Source of the DNA: a virus | DNA: 64,000 bases | Virus record (IMG/VR): IMGVR_UViG_3300017917_001112 | Location: 64,001 to 128,000 of that record | Reading direction: 5' to 3' (one strand) | Shown here: piece by piece, positions 1-10,528 of the stretch | Position numbering within the stretch: position 1 is the first letter of the stretch | Layout: each line of letters begins with the position of its first letter | The notes under the pieces: model-generated | What the model was told of the DNA's origin: nothing | The model's input: the letters and a program-made list of their open reading frames with translations, nothing else | Databases searched by the model: none | Position numbers and translations under genes: made by a program

Positions 1-1
1 A

Positions 2-145
2 TTAAGATATTTCGATACACCAAATACTGTTTTGCCAGTAACTTACAAACTCCAATATTTCAATCACGCAGGGTCAGGAACAAACTATCTTGTGCATCAA
101 TATATGGAGTATGGTTGGGTTTTACGAGAGATATCGCAACCATAA
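2..145 (+). CDS. 3' end of a tail-fibre-associated/virion protein (partial)
   Basis: Open frame from the window edge, LRYFDTPNTVLPVTYKLQYF...LREISQP*; DTPNT..VTYKLQ..EI resembles fibre-associated domains of T4-like phages. Confidence 0.5.
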   Translation, partial: LRYFDTPNTVLPVTYKLQYFNHAGSGTNYLVHQYMEYGWVLREISQP

Positions 146-153
146 TATAAATA
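146..153 (+). promoter_or_regulatory. T4-type late promoter TATAAATA
   Basis: Exact gp55 consensus 30 nt upstream of the ATG at 184. Confidence 0.8.
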
Positions 154-183
154 ACATAGAAGATTAAATACGGAGCGTCTTAA

Positions 184-3100
184 ATGGCCAAAAAAGTCCT
201 AACTGAACAGTATTATACATTTACCCCTGCAACTCGCATAGTAATAATTCCTAAAGCGATTCAGAGAGAAAATCTTGTTCTTATTACAAACGTAACACAA
301 AATAAAGTTATCTACAACTTTAGTGATCCAAACTTAACAGCTACTTCTTATACTGTTAACAATGGTGTAACAACAATTACGTTAAATTATAACACAACAA
401 CGATGTCTTCATCAGACTCGTTACAATTCGTTTATGACGATAGTGTTCAAGAAATTATTCCTGCAGAAACATATCAAGATCCTGTGCAGAAAATGCGCAT
501 GTCAACACCACAGTCGTTGATTGATACTGACTTTGAATACGGAACACAACCAACCAAATGGGAAAATATTTCTCTATTGAATGGACGTCCTTCGTTCTAT
601 GTTGATTTGCAATCACCAATTGCTATTTCAGATATTCAAGCAACAAATGGTTCTAAAAATATTATTGTATATGCTAATTATAACTCTGGAACTGGTAACG
701 CAACAACAAGTACAACTTCTACAATTGTTACTGGAGCAGGAACCAATTTCTTATCTACAATTTTTCCAGGATATGCGCTTTATAACTCTTCTGATACATT
801 AATTGGTATTGTTTCAACAGTTGAAACAGATACTTCTTTAACATTGCAATCGAACGCAGCAGTCAATCAAGTTACTTCAGCTTTCCGTTTTGCTCCGCAA
901 AGAATTCCTGATGTTGGTTCTCCTATTCAGATTCAAGAGTCATTATTTACTGCAGCCAATGGTGGTTATCTAATTGAGTTAACAACTCCAGTAATCGCAT
1001 CTTCACGTTGGGAAATTCGTTATCGTGCCTCTGCTAACTTCCCAGGAACAACAGGATCTATTTTTAACACAGGTATTACAACAACATATGCTGGTTCTTT
1101 CTATACTAATTCACAAATCGCAATTAGTAGCGCAGCAGCATTCTCTGCTACTGCAGCTGGATCGCCAGCTAATGACATTGTTGTCGTTATCACAACAACA
1201 CGTGACCATGGTTTGACACTTGGTAATCTTGTTTATCTAACAGGTGCTGCAACAATTTCAACTGGAACAAATCCAGGAGGTACCTCTTACACAGTTATGG
1301 CTGTATACAGCCCACGTAAGTTTGGTGTGTTGATGGCAGCTGGATCAAACGTGCCAACTATTACTGCTGTTGGTACATTAAGTTGTTATGTTCGTAATGA
1401 GTCAACATTTGCTCATAGACCATTCGATGGTGGTGTTCGTTTCTCAACCAACACACAAAGTCATAACTATCAAGCGTTGCGTCAAACAAGACGTTACTTC
1501 CGCTATCAATCTGGTAAAGGTATTCAATTCTCAACAGGTTCTGTTCTCCGTCCAAATTTCACATTAGATACTATTTCTTCTGTTGGTAATATTGCGACAG
1601 CAACATCAAAAGAGCCACACAATTTACAACCAGGAATCTCTATCAATATTTCTGGAGCAACAGAGCCAGGACTGTCAACAAGTGCTTATAATGGCAACTT
1701 TACTGTTTTAGACGTTAATAATGAATTTGATTTTACATATCAAATGGCAAGCACACCATCAGTAACAACTGCTTTTGGTTTCCCAATCGTTGGCGCAACT
1801 GGTTGGTATGGTGCTGGTATTCGTGTTGGTATGTTTGATCAAAACAACGGATTTTATTTTGAATATGATGGTCAAAATTTAACAGCAGTTAGAAGAAACT
1901 CAACAACTCAGTTGTCTGGTTTAGTATCAGTGACTAATGGATCAGATGAAGTAAACTCAGTAACTTCTTTAGGAACTGGCAAACAAACTAAATTTTTAAA
2001 ACAATTGGCTCCAGGTGATTGGATATCAATCAAAGGAATGTCTTATCGTGTTATGGAAGTCATTAATGATTTAAGAATACGTATAAATCCAGAATATCGT
2101 GGTGCTACAATTTCTGGTGGTGTTGTTAACAAAATTAATGAAGTTCGTATTCCGCAATCTCAATGGAACATTGATCGTTGTGATGGTTATGGACCATCTG
2201 GTTTTACACTAGATTTAAACAAAATGCAGATGATTTATTGCGACTACGCTTGGTATGGTGCTGGCGCAATTCGTTTTGGTTTTAAAGATCAAGAAGGTAG
2301 AATTATCTATTGTCACAGAATTGTAAACTCTAACGTAAATGCTGAAGCATACATGCGTTCTGGTAACTTGCCAGCTCGCTACGAAACACATACATTCGCA
2401 CCGTATACTTACATCACTCAAACATTTACTTCTGGAGCATCAACATTGACTGTTAATAGCACAGAAGGATTTCCAAATTCTGGTGTATTGTTAATTGCAG
2501 ATCCAGGAAGAACATCAGCAGATGCTGCTTTAACAGGTGGTTCTCCAGGTGGTGCTGATTATTACGAATATGTTCAATATAGTAGTAAAACAGCAACAAC
2601 ATTTACAGTAACACAACGTGGTGCTGGTCTTGGTATGAATGGCGCAACTATCGCTGGTTATCGTTCTGATTATTTTAATACTGGTGGTGGAACTGTTGCA
2701 ACTGTTAACGGAAGTAACACTGTTACAACTTCAAAAGGATTTGCGCAAAACTCAATCGGTAATGCGTTAAACATGGCTCCGATTGGAGCGTTCGTAACTG
2801 GTACAAACATTCCAGAAAACACATACATTACTGGTTTTAATTCTTCAGCCTCAACTATTGAATTGAGCCAAGCATGTACTGGTACTGGTAATATTACCAA
2901 TTTTAACGTATACGCAGCATCTTCAAACGCAAACGGAACAAACAACTCTGGTACTACACATACATATGATACTGATGGTCCAGTTATTCCAGTATTTCTA
3001 CATACTAATCAATTTGCTCCAACTGCAAATCACTGGGGTACATCTGTTATTATGGACGGTCGTTACGATGACGATAAATCTCTGGTGTTTACTGCTGGTA

Positions 3101-3861
3101 ACCCTTCATATGTTACGAACTACACATCAACAATCAACGCAGTATTAAGTTTGCGTGTTGCGCCATCAGTCGATAATGGTGCTTCTGGTGTTCTTGGATT
3201 AAAAGAAATTGTTAATCGCATGCAGTTGACACTACGTTCTATTGGTGTTACATCGAATGGTGCGTTTTTCGTTCGTATTATTTTAAATCCAAGATTTATT
3301 ACAAATGCACCAACATTCCAAAACGTAGGTGGTTCTTCATTATCACAAGTCGTTTACCATCCAAATGGAACACAAATTACTGGTGGTGAAACAATTTTTG
3401 CGTTCTATACTGACCAAGGTGGTGGTGGATTAAACTACACAGTTACAACTGCTGAACTTGATAAAGTTCGCGATCTTGGAAACTCAGTTCTTGGTGGTGG
3501 TTTGACAAACACATTAACATTGAACTCAAACGTGAATATCTATCCAGATGGTCCAGATATTCTTACAATTTGTTGTTCTAACGTACTACAACCAATTACT
3601 GTTTCACCAACAACAACAACTTCTGGTTCTCCAATTGTAGTTATTAATGATGTAACTGGTTTTGAGCAAGGTTGGGTTGTTTCGTCATCTACAGGTGGTA
3701 CTGCTACTGGTGGTATTGTCAAAACCATTACTGCTAGATCTGGTGGTGGCTATGATGTGGCGTTTTCTAAAAATGCTACCTCTGGTACGAATGGTACTGT
3801 TGTTCTATCCCCTCCAGGAAATCTTGCTGCTCGTATTTCATGGACAGAAGCACAGGCATAA
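184..3861 (+). CDS. Large virion structural protein (tail/baseplate/fibre-associated)
   Basis: 1225 aa, Thr/Gly/Ser-rich, late promoter, directly upstream of gp13; shares a domain with 61233..62459. Confidence 0.65.
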   Translation: MAKKVLTEQYYTFTPATRIVIIPKAIQRENLVLITNVTQNKVIYNFSDPNLTATSYTVNNGVTTITLNYNTTTMSSSDSLQFVYDDSVQEIIPAETYQDPVQKMRMSTPQSLIDTDFEYGTQPTKWENISLLNGRPSFYVDLQSPIAISDIQATNGSKNIIVYANYNSGTGNATTSTTSTIVTGAGTNFLSTIFPGYALYNSSDTLIGIVSTVETDTSLTLQSNAAVNQVTSAFRFAPQRIPDVGSPIQIQESLFTAANGGYLIELTTPVIASSRWEIRYRASANFPGTTGSIFNTGITTTYAGSFYTNSQIAISSAAAFSATAAGSPANDIVVVITTTRDHGLTLGNLVYLTGAATISTGTNPGGTSYTVMAVYSPRKFGVLMAAGSNVPTITAVGTLSCYVRNESTFAHRPFDGGVRFSTNTQSHNYQALRQTRRYFRYQSGKGIQFSTGSVLRPNFTLDTISSVGNIATATSKEPHNLQPGISINISGATEPGLSTSAYNGNFTVLDVNNEFDFTYQMASTPSVTTAFGFPIVGATGWYGAGIRVGMFDQNNGFYFEYDGQNLTAVRRNSTTQLSGLVSVTNGSDEVNSVTSLGTGKQTKFLKQLAPGDWISIKGMSYRVMEVINDLRIRINPEYRGATISGGVVNKINEVRIPQSQWNIDRCDGYGPSGFTLDLNKMQMIYCDYAWYGAGAIRFGFKDQEGRIIYCHRIVNSNVNAEAYMRSGNLPARYETHTFAPYTYITQTFTSGASTLTVNSTEGFPNSGVLLIADPGRTSADAALTGGSPGGADYYEYVQYSSKTATTFTVTQRGAGLGMNGATIAGYRSDYFNTGGGTVATVNGSNTVTTSKGFAQNSIGNALNMAPIGAFVTGTNIPENTYITGFNSSASTIELSQACTGTGNITNFNVYAASSNANGTNNSGTTHTYDTDGPVIPVFLHTNQFAPTANHWGTSVIMDGRYDDDKSLVFTAGNPSYVTNYTSTINAVLSLRVAPSVDNGASGVLGLKEIVNRMQLTLRSIGVTSNGAFFVRIILNPRFITNAPTFQNVGGSSLSQVVYHPNGTQITGGETIFAFYTDQGGGGLNYTVTTAELDKVRDLGNSVLGGGLTNTLTLNSNVNIYPDGPDILTICCSNVLQPITVSPTTTTSGSPIVVINDVTGFEQGWVVSSSTGGTATGGIVKTITARSGGGYDVAFSKNATSGTNGTVVLSPPGNLAARISWTEAQA

Positions 3862-3864
3862 ACT

Positions 3865-4617
3865 ATGGCTGCTCCAACAACAAGAGATACATTTACAGAC
3901 TACTGTCTGAGAAAACTTGGTCATCCAGTTGTCGAAATTAACGTAGACGATGACCAAGTTTCCGATCGTATTGATGAAGCATTGCAATTTTATCAAGAGT
4001 TTCACTACGATGGTGTTGAAAGAATATATCTAAAACATCAAGTTACTTCCTCAGACATAAGCAATGGTTACATACCACTTACAGATTTAATTATTGGTGT
4101 TCGAAATATTTTTCCTTTTTCTGGAACAACAACCAGTGGTACAGCCGATGGATTGTTTAATCTTCAATATCAGTTGCGCCTAAATGACTTATATGATTTA
4201 ACAAACACATCTTTAGTTTACTATAATACTGTTCGTGATTATATTGCAATGTTAGATTTGTTATTAAATGGAGCAAAACCATTACGCTTTAATAAACACC
4301 AAAATCGTTTATACATTGATATGAAGTGGGCTGATGAAGATATTGAAGGTAAATGGATTATCGTTGACTGTTATCGTGCTATGGATCCAGCTACATGGGC
4401 TGATGTTTGGAATGACATGTGGTTAAAAAGATATGCTACTGCTTTAATCAAAAAACAATGGGCAACCAACATTAAGAAGTTCTCAGGTCTTCAACTTCCA
4501 GGTGGTGTTACTTTAGATGGCGACAAACTATACGAAGAAGCAAGCTCTGAGATAGAAGAATTAGAAAAACAAGCACAAGATACATTCTCTCTGCCACCAG
4601 ATTTTATGATGGGTTAA
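3865..4617 (+). CDS. gp13: Neck protein gp13
   Basis: YCLRKLGHPVVEINVDDDQ, WLKRYATALIKKQW, LPGGVTLDG; synteny. Confidence 0.95.
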   Translation: MAAPTTRDTFTDYCLRKLGHPVVEINVDDDQVSDRIDEALQFYQEFHYDGVERIYLKHQVTSSDISNGYIPLTDLIIGVRNIFPFSGTTTSGTADGLFNLQYQLRLNDLYDLTNTSLVYYNTVRDYIAMLDLLLNGAKPLRFNKHQNRLYIDMKWADEDIEGKWIIVDCYRAMDPATWADVWNDMWLKRYATALIKKQWATNIKKFSGLQLPGGVTLDGDKLYEEASSEIEELEKQAQDTFSLPPDFMMG

Positions 4618-4618
4618 G

Positions 4619-5344
4619 ATGCCAAAAAATGTTTACTTTACACAGGGAACAAAAAGCGAACAGTATCTTTTAGAAGACTTGATTGTTGAGTCGCTAAAGA
4701 TATATGGACAAGATGTTTATTATATTCCCAGAACACTGGTCAATAAAGATCCAGTGTTAGGAGAAGATGTTCTATCTAAATTTGAAGCAGCATATGACAT
4801 CGAGATGTATTTCGAAGATGTCGATGACTTTCAAGGACAGGGCACATTTTTACAAAAGTTTGGTATTGAAATTGAAAAATCAGCTACTCTTGTTGTTGCT
4901 CGTAGACGTTGGGAGCAGCTAATTGGTCGTCATGGTGTAACAAGAATACCTTCTCGTCCAGCAGAAGGCGATCTAATTTATTTCCCCCTAACAAAGAAAC
5001 TTTTTGAAGTTCGTTTCGTTGAACATGAGGATCCATTTTATCAAATCGGTAAATTGTATGTGTTCAAATTAAGAATTGAAACATTCCAGTATGCTAGTGA
5101 GCGTATTGATACAGGAATCGCTGAGATTGATACTGTTGAGGACACATACTCTTACGATCAAGATATGATTCGTGCAGAAGATGGTGAATTTATTGAAGGT
5201 GAACAAACTGATGAAGAATATGCACTTGAAACTGAATCTGATCCAACTAAAGATGTCGGCGATAATTCAAGATATGACACTGAGGGAACTGGTCTTGTTG
5301 ACTTCGATGAATCAAATCCATTTGGTGAGGTAAAGAATGCTTAA
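4619..5344 (+). CDS. gp14: Neck protein gp14
   Basis: ESLKIYGQDVYYIPR, RPAEGDLIYFPL, FEVRFVEHEDPFYQIGK, FDESNPFG. Confidence 0.95.
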   Translation: MPKNVYFTQGTKSEQYLLEDLIVESLKIYGQDVYYIPRTLVNKDPVLGEDVLSKFEAAYDIEMYFEDVDDFQGQGTFLQKFGIEIEKSATLVVARRRWEQLIGRHGVTRIPSRPAEGDLIYFPLTKKLFEVRFVEHEDPFYQIGKLYVFKLRIETFQYASERIDTGIAEIDTVEDTYSYDQDMIRAEDGEFIEGEQTDEEYALETESDPTKDVGDNSRYDTEGTGLVDFDESNPFGEVKNA

Positions 5345-6116
5345 TCATAGTCATTTCTATCATGCGACAGTAAGAAATAGCATTATCGTTTTTGGTAAAC
5401 TGTTTAACAGTGTGTTTATCAAAAGAGACAATGCAGATGGTACACCCAATCAGTTAGTAAAAGTGCCAATCACATATGGTCCAAAAGAGAAATGGCTGGT
5501 TCGTTCTGAGAATGATCCAGACTTAGATAGACCAGTAGAAATTGTTCTCCCAAGGATGACATTCGAAATTACAGATTTTCAATACGATGCTTCTAGGAAA
5601 GTCAATTCTCTAAATCAACTTATCATTGAAGATGAAATAAATGGTGAAAAGCGTAGATCTCAGTATGTTCCTGTCCCATACAATCTTGGAATTACCATGT
5701 ATATAATTTCCAAGACACAAGAAGATGCCTTACAAATTGTAGAACAGATACTACCATTTTTTACACCACATTATAATCTCACAGTAAATTTAAATACTCA
5801 AATGGGATATAAGTTTGATGTTCCTACAGTTTTAAATGGTATTAATCTTCAAGATGATTATGATGGTCCATTTGAACAAAGACGTGTTGTTATTTACACG
5901 CTAACATTTACGATGAAGACTCAAATGTTTGGACCAGTAACTGAATCTGAAGTTATTAGAACTGTTCAAACAAATATTAAAGAAACTAAAAAAGATGAAC
6001 TTGGTAATGAAGTTGTAGCAAGACGTAGAGAATATACAGCATCTGTAGATCCAATAACAACTTCAATCAGCACAACCCCAATACCTGTTGATGAAGAATG
6101 GAATTTTGATTTTTAA
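5337..6116 (+). CDS. gp15: Tail sheath stabiliser/terminator gp15
   Basis: KVPITYGPKEKW, LPRMTFEI, PVPYNL, QIVEQILPFFTP. Confidence 0.95.
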   Translation: MLNHSHFYHATVRNSIIVFGKLFNSVFIKRDNADGTPNQLVKVPITYGPKEKWLVRSENDPDLDRPVEIVLPRMTFEITDFQYDASRKVNSLNQLIIEDEINGEKRRSQYVPVPYNLGITMYIISKTQEDALQIVEQILPFFTPHYNLTVNLNTQMGYKFDVPTVLNGINLQDDYDGPFEQRRVVIYTLTFTMKTQMFGPVTESEVIRTVQTNIKETKKDELGNEVVARRREYTASVDPITTSISTTPIPVDEEWNFDF

Positions 6117-7705
6117 TGACAACAAAAAATTATAACTCCAATGCTAACTTAAAGGCAATTGGAGTTGAAATACCTTTTACTCAAGAGGACATTAAAGAAT
6201 ATATTAAATGTTCTCAGGATCCAGTGTATTTTGTAGATAACTACTGTTATATTGTTACATTAGATCATGGCATTCAGCAGTTTAAATTATATGATTGTCA
6301 AAAAGAAAAAATTCAAACTATACATGAAAATCGTAAAGTAATTATTATGGAGGGTAGACAGCAAGGAAAAACAACAACTGCTGCTGCATACATTCTCTGG
6401 TACACAATATTTCAGGCAAACAAACAAGTTGCCATTTTAGCAAACAAAGCATCCACATCACGCGAAATCTTATCACGTTATCAATTGATGTACGAGAACT
6501 TGCCATTATGGATGCAACAGGGTGTGAAGACATGGAACAAAGGTGATATTGAACTTGAGAATGGATCAAAAGTTTTTACTGCTGCAACCACAGCATCTGG
6601 TATTCGTTCCAAATCAGTAAACTTTTTGTATATTGACGAAGCATCTATTATTCCCAACAATATTGCTGATGCGTTTTTTACTTCCGTTTATCCAACAATT
6701 TCTGCTGGTACAACTACAAAAATTTTAATTACATCAACTCCACTTGGTTATAATCATTTCTGGAAATTTTGGAATGATGCAGAAAATGATAGAAATGACT
6801 TCGTTCCATTGTTTATTCCTTATTGGAAAATTCCTGGACGTGATGAGAAGTGGGCTGAAGAGCAACGCAGACAACTTGGTGATCTTAAATATAATCAAGA
6901 GGTTCTGTGTAAGTTCCTCGGTTCTGCATTAACATTGATTGATGCAAACACAATATCGCAACTTTCTGCTGATAAAGTCATTCACAGTAAAGATGGGTTA
7001 GATTTAACTTCTTATCCACAAAAGGGTCATCAGTATATTATTGTTGCTGACGTAGCAAAAGGTGTTGGTGGCGATTACTCTGCATTTACAATTATTGATA
7101 TGACGGATGTGCCATATCGTATGGTCGGTAAATATAGAAGCAACAAGATAAATCCAGTGTTGTATCCTAATATTATACATAAAGTTGCAAAAGATTATAA
7201 TGATGCTTATGTGCTGGTGGAAATAAACATAAGCGAACAAGTAGCCTATATTTTGCATGATGAATTGATGTATGAAAATATAATTTTTGTTAACAGAACC
7301 ACAAACGGACAAGTTGTTTCTGGTGGTTTCGGTGGTGGTAAAGTTCAGTTTGGCGTAAACACAGACAAGCGTGTTAAGCGTGTTGGATGTCATAATTTTA
7401 AAGCCATGCTTGAAGAGAAAAAACTAATTGTAAATGATGTAGATACGATCTCTGAAATTTCGACTTTTATTGAAACAAGAGGTTCTTATGCTGCAGATGA
7501 AGGTTACCATGACGACTTAGTTATGCCATTAGTACTTTTTGGTTGGTTGACAACAAACTCATATTTCAAAGACTTGAGTCTAAAAGACATTAACCTAAGA
7601 AAAGCCATGTATGAAAAACAAATGCTTGCCATCGAAGAGGAATTAACTCCCTTTGGATTCATTGATGATGGCATTCAGATTGAAAACGACCACCAAAACT
7701 TCTGA
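6116..7705 (+). CDS. gp17: Terminase large subunit gp17
   Basis: Walker A GRQQGKTT, Walker B LYIDE, ITSTPLG, nuclease motifs DVAKGVGGDYS and HDDLVM. Confidence 0.97.
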   Translation: MTTKNYNSNANLKAIGVEIPFTQEDIKEYIKCSQDPVYFVDNYCYIVTLDHGIQQFKLYDCQKEKIQTIHENRKVIIMEGRQQGKTTTAAAYILWYTIFQANKQVAILANKASTSREILSRYQLMYENLPLWMQQGVKTWNKGDIELENGSKVFTAATTASGIRSKSVNFLYIDEASIIPNNIADAFFTSVYPTISAGTTTKILITSTPLGYNHFWKFWNDAENDRNDFVPLFIPYWKIPGRDEKWAEEQRRQLGDLKYNQEVLCKFLGSALTLIDANTISQLSADKVIHSKDGLDLTSYPQKGHQYIIVADVAKGVGGDYSAFTIIDMTDVPYRMVGKYRSNKINPVLYPNIIHKVAKDYNDAYVLVEINISEQVAYILHDELMYENIIFVNRTTNGQVVSGGFGGGKVQFGVNTDKRVKRVGCHNFKAMLEEKKLIVNDVDTISEISTFIETRGSYAADEGYHDDLVMPLVLFGWLTTNSYFKDLSLKDINLRKAMYEKQMLAIEEELTPFGFIDDGIQIENDHQNF

Positions 7706-7717
7706 AATCATCGAAAT

Positions 7718-7725
7718 ACTAAATA
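7718..7725 (+). promoter_or_regulatory. Late promoter variant ACTAAATA
   Basis: Intergenic before gp18; the same TACTAAATA occurs before gp19. Confidence 0.6.
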
Positions 7726-7787
7726 AAAAAGATGAAACAAAGGGTTGTTACAACAACGACAAATAATCGTATCAAGGAGACATAGCC

Positions 7788-9866
7788 ATGCCATTTCAAG
7801 TTTCTCCAGGAGTAGCAGTTGTAGAGAAAGATCTTTCTCTTGTTATTCCTCAAATCGCTGCTTCTGTTGGAGCCACAGCTGGATTTTTCCGCTGGGGTCC
7901 AGTTGAACAGCCAATTACAATCGCAAGCGAAGCAGAACTAGCAACTACATTCGGTAAACCAGTCGGTGTAAACGACTTTATCGCTCGTTCGTTTTTTACA
8001 GCTGCGAACTTCCTGTCATATTCAAATAATATGGTCGTTGTTCGTGCTGTTCCAACAACAGCTGGTACTTCTGATTCTAAAAGTGCACAATCTGAAGACG
8101 TTACAGCGATCGTAATTAAAAGCGCACAAGACTACGTAGATAACTACGCATCTGCATCTTCACCAAACTCAACTTGGGTTGCTAAGTATCCAGGATCTCT
8201 TGGAAATACACTAAGAGTTTCTGTTGCTGATGCTGATTCATTCCGTACAGTTGCTACTGGTACTATTGCTGCTACTCAGAACTCAACAACATTGTCAATC
8301 ACTGGTGGTGCTATTGCTACACAAGCGACTGTTGGTTCTATTGCTAAATTCTACAGTGGTGCTGCTGGTACTGGAACATTACTTGGTTCAGTAGCAATTA
8401 CTGCTATTGCCAGCGCAACATCAGCTACATTAGCATCAAATCCAGGAATCACTTCTGGTATTACATCGATCGTATTTGAGTGGGAATATGCTGATCAGTT
8501 CGTTGCTGCTCCAGGTACATCTTCTTACGCTACTGCGCAAGGTTATGCTGCTGCTAAAGATGAAATGCACATTATTGTTATTGATCGTCTTGGTCAATTT
8601 ACAGGTGTTGCTGGTACAGTTCTTGAAAAATTCGAGAACGTATCTAAAGCATCTGATGCAGTCCTTTCAGATGGATCAAACAACTATTACAAAACAGTAA
8701 TTAATCGTAGTTCTGATTATATTTGGAACTTGCGTGACATTGACGATATCGTTTCAGTAACATATCAAAATACATCAAGCGCAACTGCTTTTGCTGCTTC
8801 AATTGCAACTGGTGGTATGTCAACAAATACTGTGTTTATTACATTAAAGCGTCCATATACTGCTAATATGGGATACAACGTAACAGAAGCGACTGGTGCT
8901 GTTGCTATTATGACTAATGGTAAAGGTACTGATGGTTACACAACTTCTTCTAAAGCACATGATGCAGCAATTAAATCTGGTTTACAATTCGCTTTTGATA
9001 AATTCAACAATACTGAAGAGATTGATGTTGGTTTAATCGCTGTAGGCGAGGTTGAATCAGTTGTTGCTAAGTATGTTATCGCAATTGCTGAAACTCGTAA
9101 AGATTGTTTGGTATTCGTTTCTGCTGCTAAAGATGATGGTTCAACATTAACACCAGTAACAAAGACAAGTGACTTTACTTCTCTAGTTTCTTACAGAACT
9201 GCAGCAAGTAACTCTGTTAACACATCAACATCATATGCTTCGATGGACTCTGGTTACAAATATCAGTATGACAAATACAACGACAAGTATATCTATGTTC
9301 CATTAAATGGTGATATTGCTGGTCTGTGTGCAAGAACAGACTATACAGCTGACCCATGGTATTCTCCAGGTGGTTACAGTCGTGGCGTAATTAAAAACGT
9401 AGTTAAGTTGGCATACAATCCAACTCAAACAGAACGTGATACACTTTATAAAAATGGTATTAACCCAGTTGTTACATTCCCAGGACAAGGTACTGTGTTG
9501 TTCGGCGATAAGACAATGTTGACTAAGCCAAGCGCATTCGATCGCATTAACGTGCGTCGTCTGTTTATCATCCTTGAGAAATCAATCTCAACAGCTGCTA
9601 AATTCCAGTTGTTTGAATTCAACGATGGCTTCACTCGCGCACAGTTCCGTAACTTGGTAGAACCATACCTACGTGATGTGCAAGGTCGTCGTGGTATTTT
9701 TGATTTCCGTGTAGTTTGCGATGAAACAAACAATACTGCGCAAATTATCGACACTAATCAATTTGTGGCTGATATTTTTGTTAAACCTGCTCGCTCTATC
9801 AACTTCATTACTCTCAACTTTGTTGCTGCTAGAACAAATGTGAACTTTGAAGAGATTGGTGCTTAA
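7788..9866 (+). CDS. gp18: Tail sheath protein gp18
   Basis: MPFQVSPGVAVVEKD, FRWGP, SAFDRINVRRLF, KPARSINFITLNF. Confidence 0.97.
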   Translation: MPFQVSPGVAVVEKDLSLVIPQIAASVGATAGFFRWGPVEQPITIASEAELATTFGKPVGVNDFIARSFFTAANFLSYSNNMVVVRAVPTTAGTSDSKSAQSEDVTAIVIKSAQDYVDNYASASSPNSTWVAKYPGSLGNTLRVSVADADSFRTVATGTIAATQNSTTLSITGGAIATQATVGSIAKFYSGAAGTGTLLGSVAITAIASATSATLASNPGITSGITSIVFEWEYADQFVAAPGTSSYATAQGYAAAKDEMHIIVIDRLGQFTGVAGTVLEKFENVSKASDAVLSDGSNNYYKTVINRSSDYIWNLRDIDDIVSVTYQNTSSATAFAASIATGGMSTNTVFITLKRPYTANMGYNVTEATGAVAIMTNGKGTDGYTTSSKAHDAAIKSGLQFAFDKFNNTEEIDVGLIAVGEVESVVAKYVIAIAETRKDCLVFVSAAKDDGSTLTPVTKTSDFTSLVSYRTAASNSVNTSTSYASMDSGYKYQYDKYNDKYIYVPLNGDIAGLCARTDYTADPWYSPGGYSRGVIKNVVKLAYNPTQTERDTLYKNGINPVVTFPGQGTVLFGDKTMLTKPSAFDRINVRRLFIILEKSISTAAKFQLFEFNDGFTRAQFRNLVEPYLRDVQGRRGIFDFRVVCDETNNTAQIIDTNQFVADIFVKPARSINFITLNFVAARTNVNFEEIGA

Positions 9867-9867
9867 T

Positions 9868-9875
9868 ACTAAATA
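9868..9875 (+). promoter_or_regulatory. Late promoter variant ACTAAATA
   Basis: Between the gp18 stop and the gp19 SD. Confidence 0.6.
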
Positions 9876-9899
9876 AAGAAAAAGACAGGAGAAATAACA

Positions 9900-10502
9900 A
9901 TGGCAAATATCGACTCATTTAAAGCCAATATGATTGGTGGTGGTGCTCGTGCCAACCAGTTCTACGTAAGTTTGACATTCCCGTCATTCGTATCGGCTGG
10001 TACACTAGCATCAGCAAAGGGTCAATTCGTTTGTAAAGGTGCTCAATTACCAGCATCAACAATCGATAACACACCAGTGAATTATCGTGGTCGTCAAGTA
10101 AATTTTGCTGGCGAGCGCACATTCGCACCTTGGACTGTTACTGTTCTAAACGACAATGACTTCTTGATTCGCAATGCGATGGAAGCATGGATGAATGGAA
10201 TTAACAACAATGTGTCTAACACTGGTTTGGTCAACCCAGCGCAATATCAAGTTGACATGGAAGTGTTCCAACTTGACCGTAATGGTAATCCAATTAAAGC
10301 GTACAAATTCGTTGATGCTTATCCAACCGAAGTAGGTGCGATTGAATTGAATTTCGATACGAACAATCAGATTGAAGAATTTACAGTAACATTCCAGTAC
10401 AACTACTGGACATCTACTTCTTCAACATCAGCTGGTTCGTTAATTTCTGGTGGCGTTAATGTTAATATAGGTGGGTTCCAGCTTCCAGGTATTTCGATTT
10501 AA
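9900..10502 (+). CDS. gp19: Tail tube protein gp19
   Basis: GGARANQF, YRGRQVNFAGERTFAPWTVTV, IEEFTVTFQYNYW. Confidence 0.96.
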   Translation: MANIDSFKANMIGGGARANQFYVSLTFPSFVSAGTLASAKGQFVCKGAQLPASTIDNTPVNYRGRQVNFAGERTFAPWTVTVLNDNDFLIRNAMEAWMNGINNNVSNTGLVNPAQYQVDMEVFQLDRNGNPIKAYKFVDAYPTEVGAIELNFDTNNQIEEFTVTFQYNYWTSTSSTSAGSLISGGVNVNIGGFQLPGISI

Positions 10503-10528
10503 TTTTTTAATGTTTCCGTGGAGATAGT

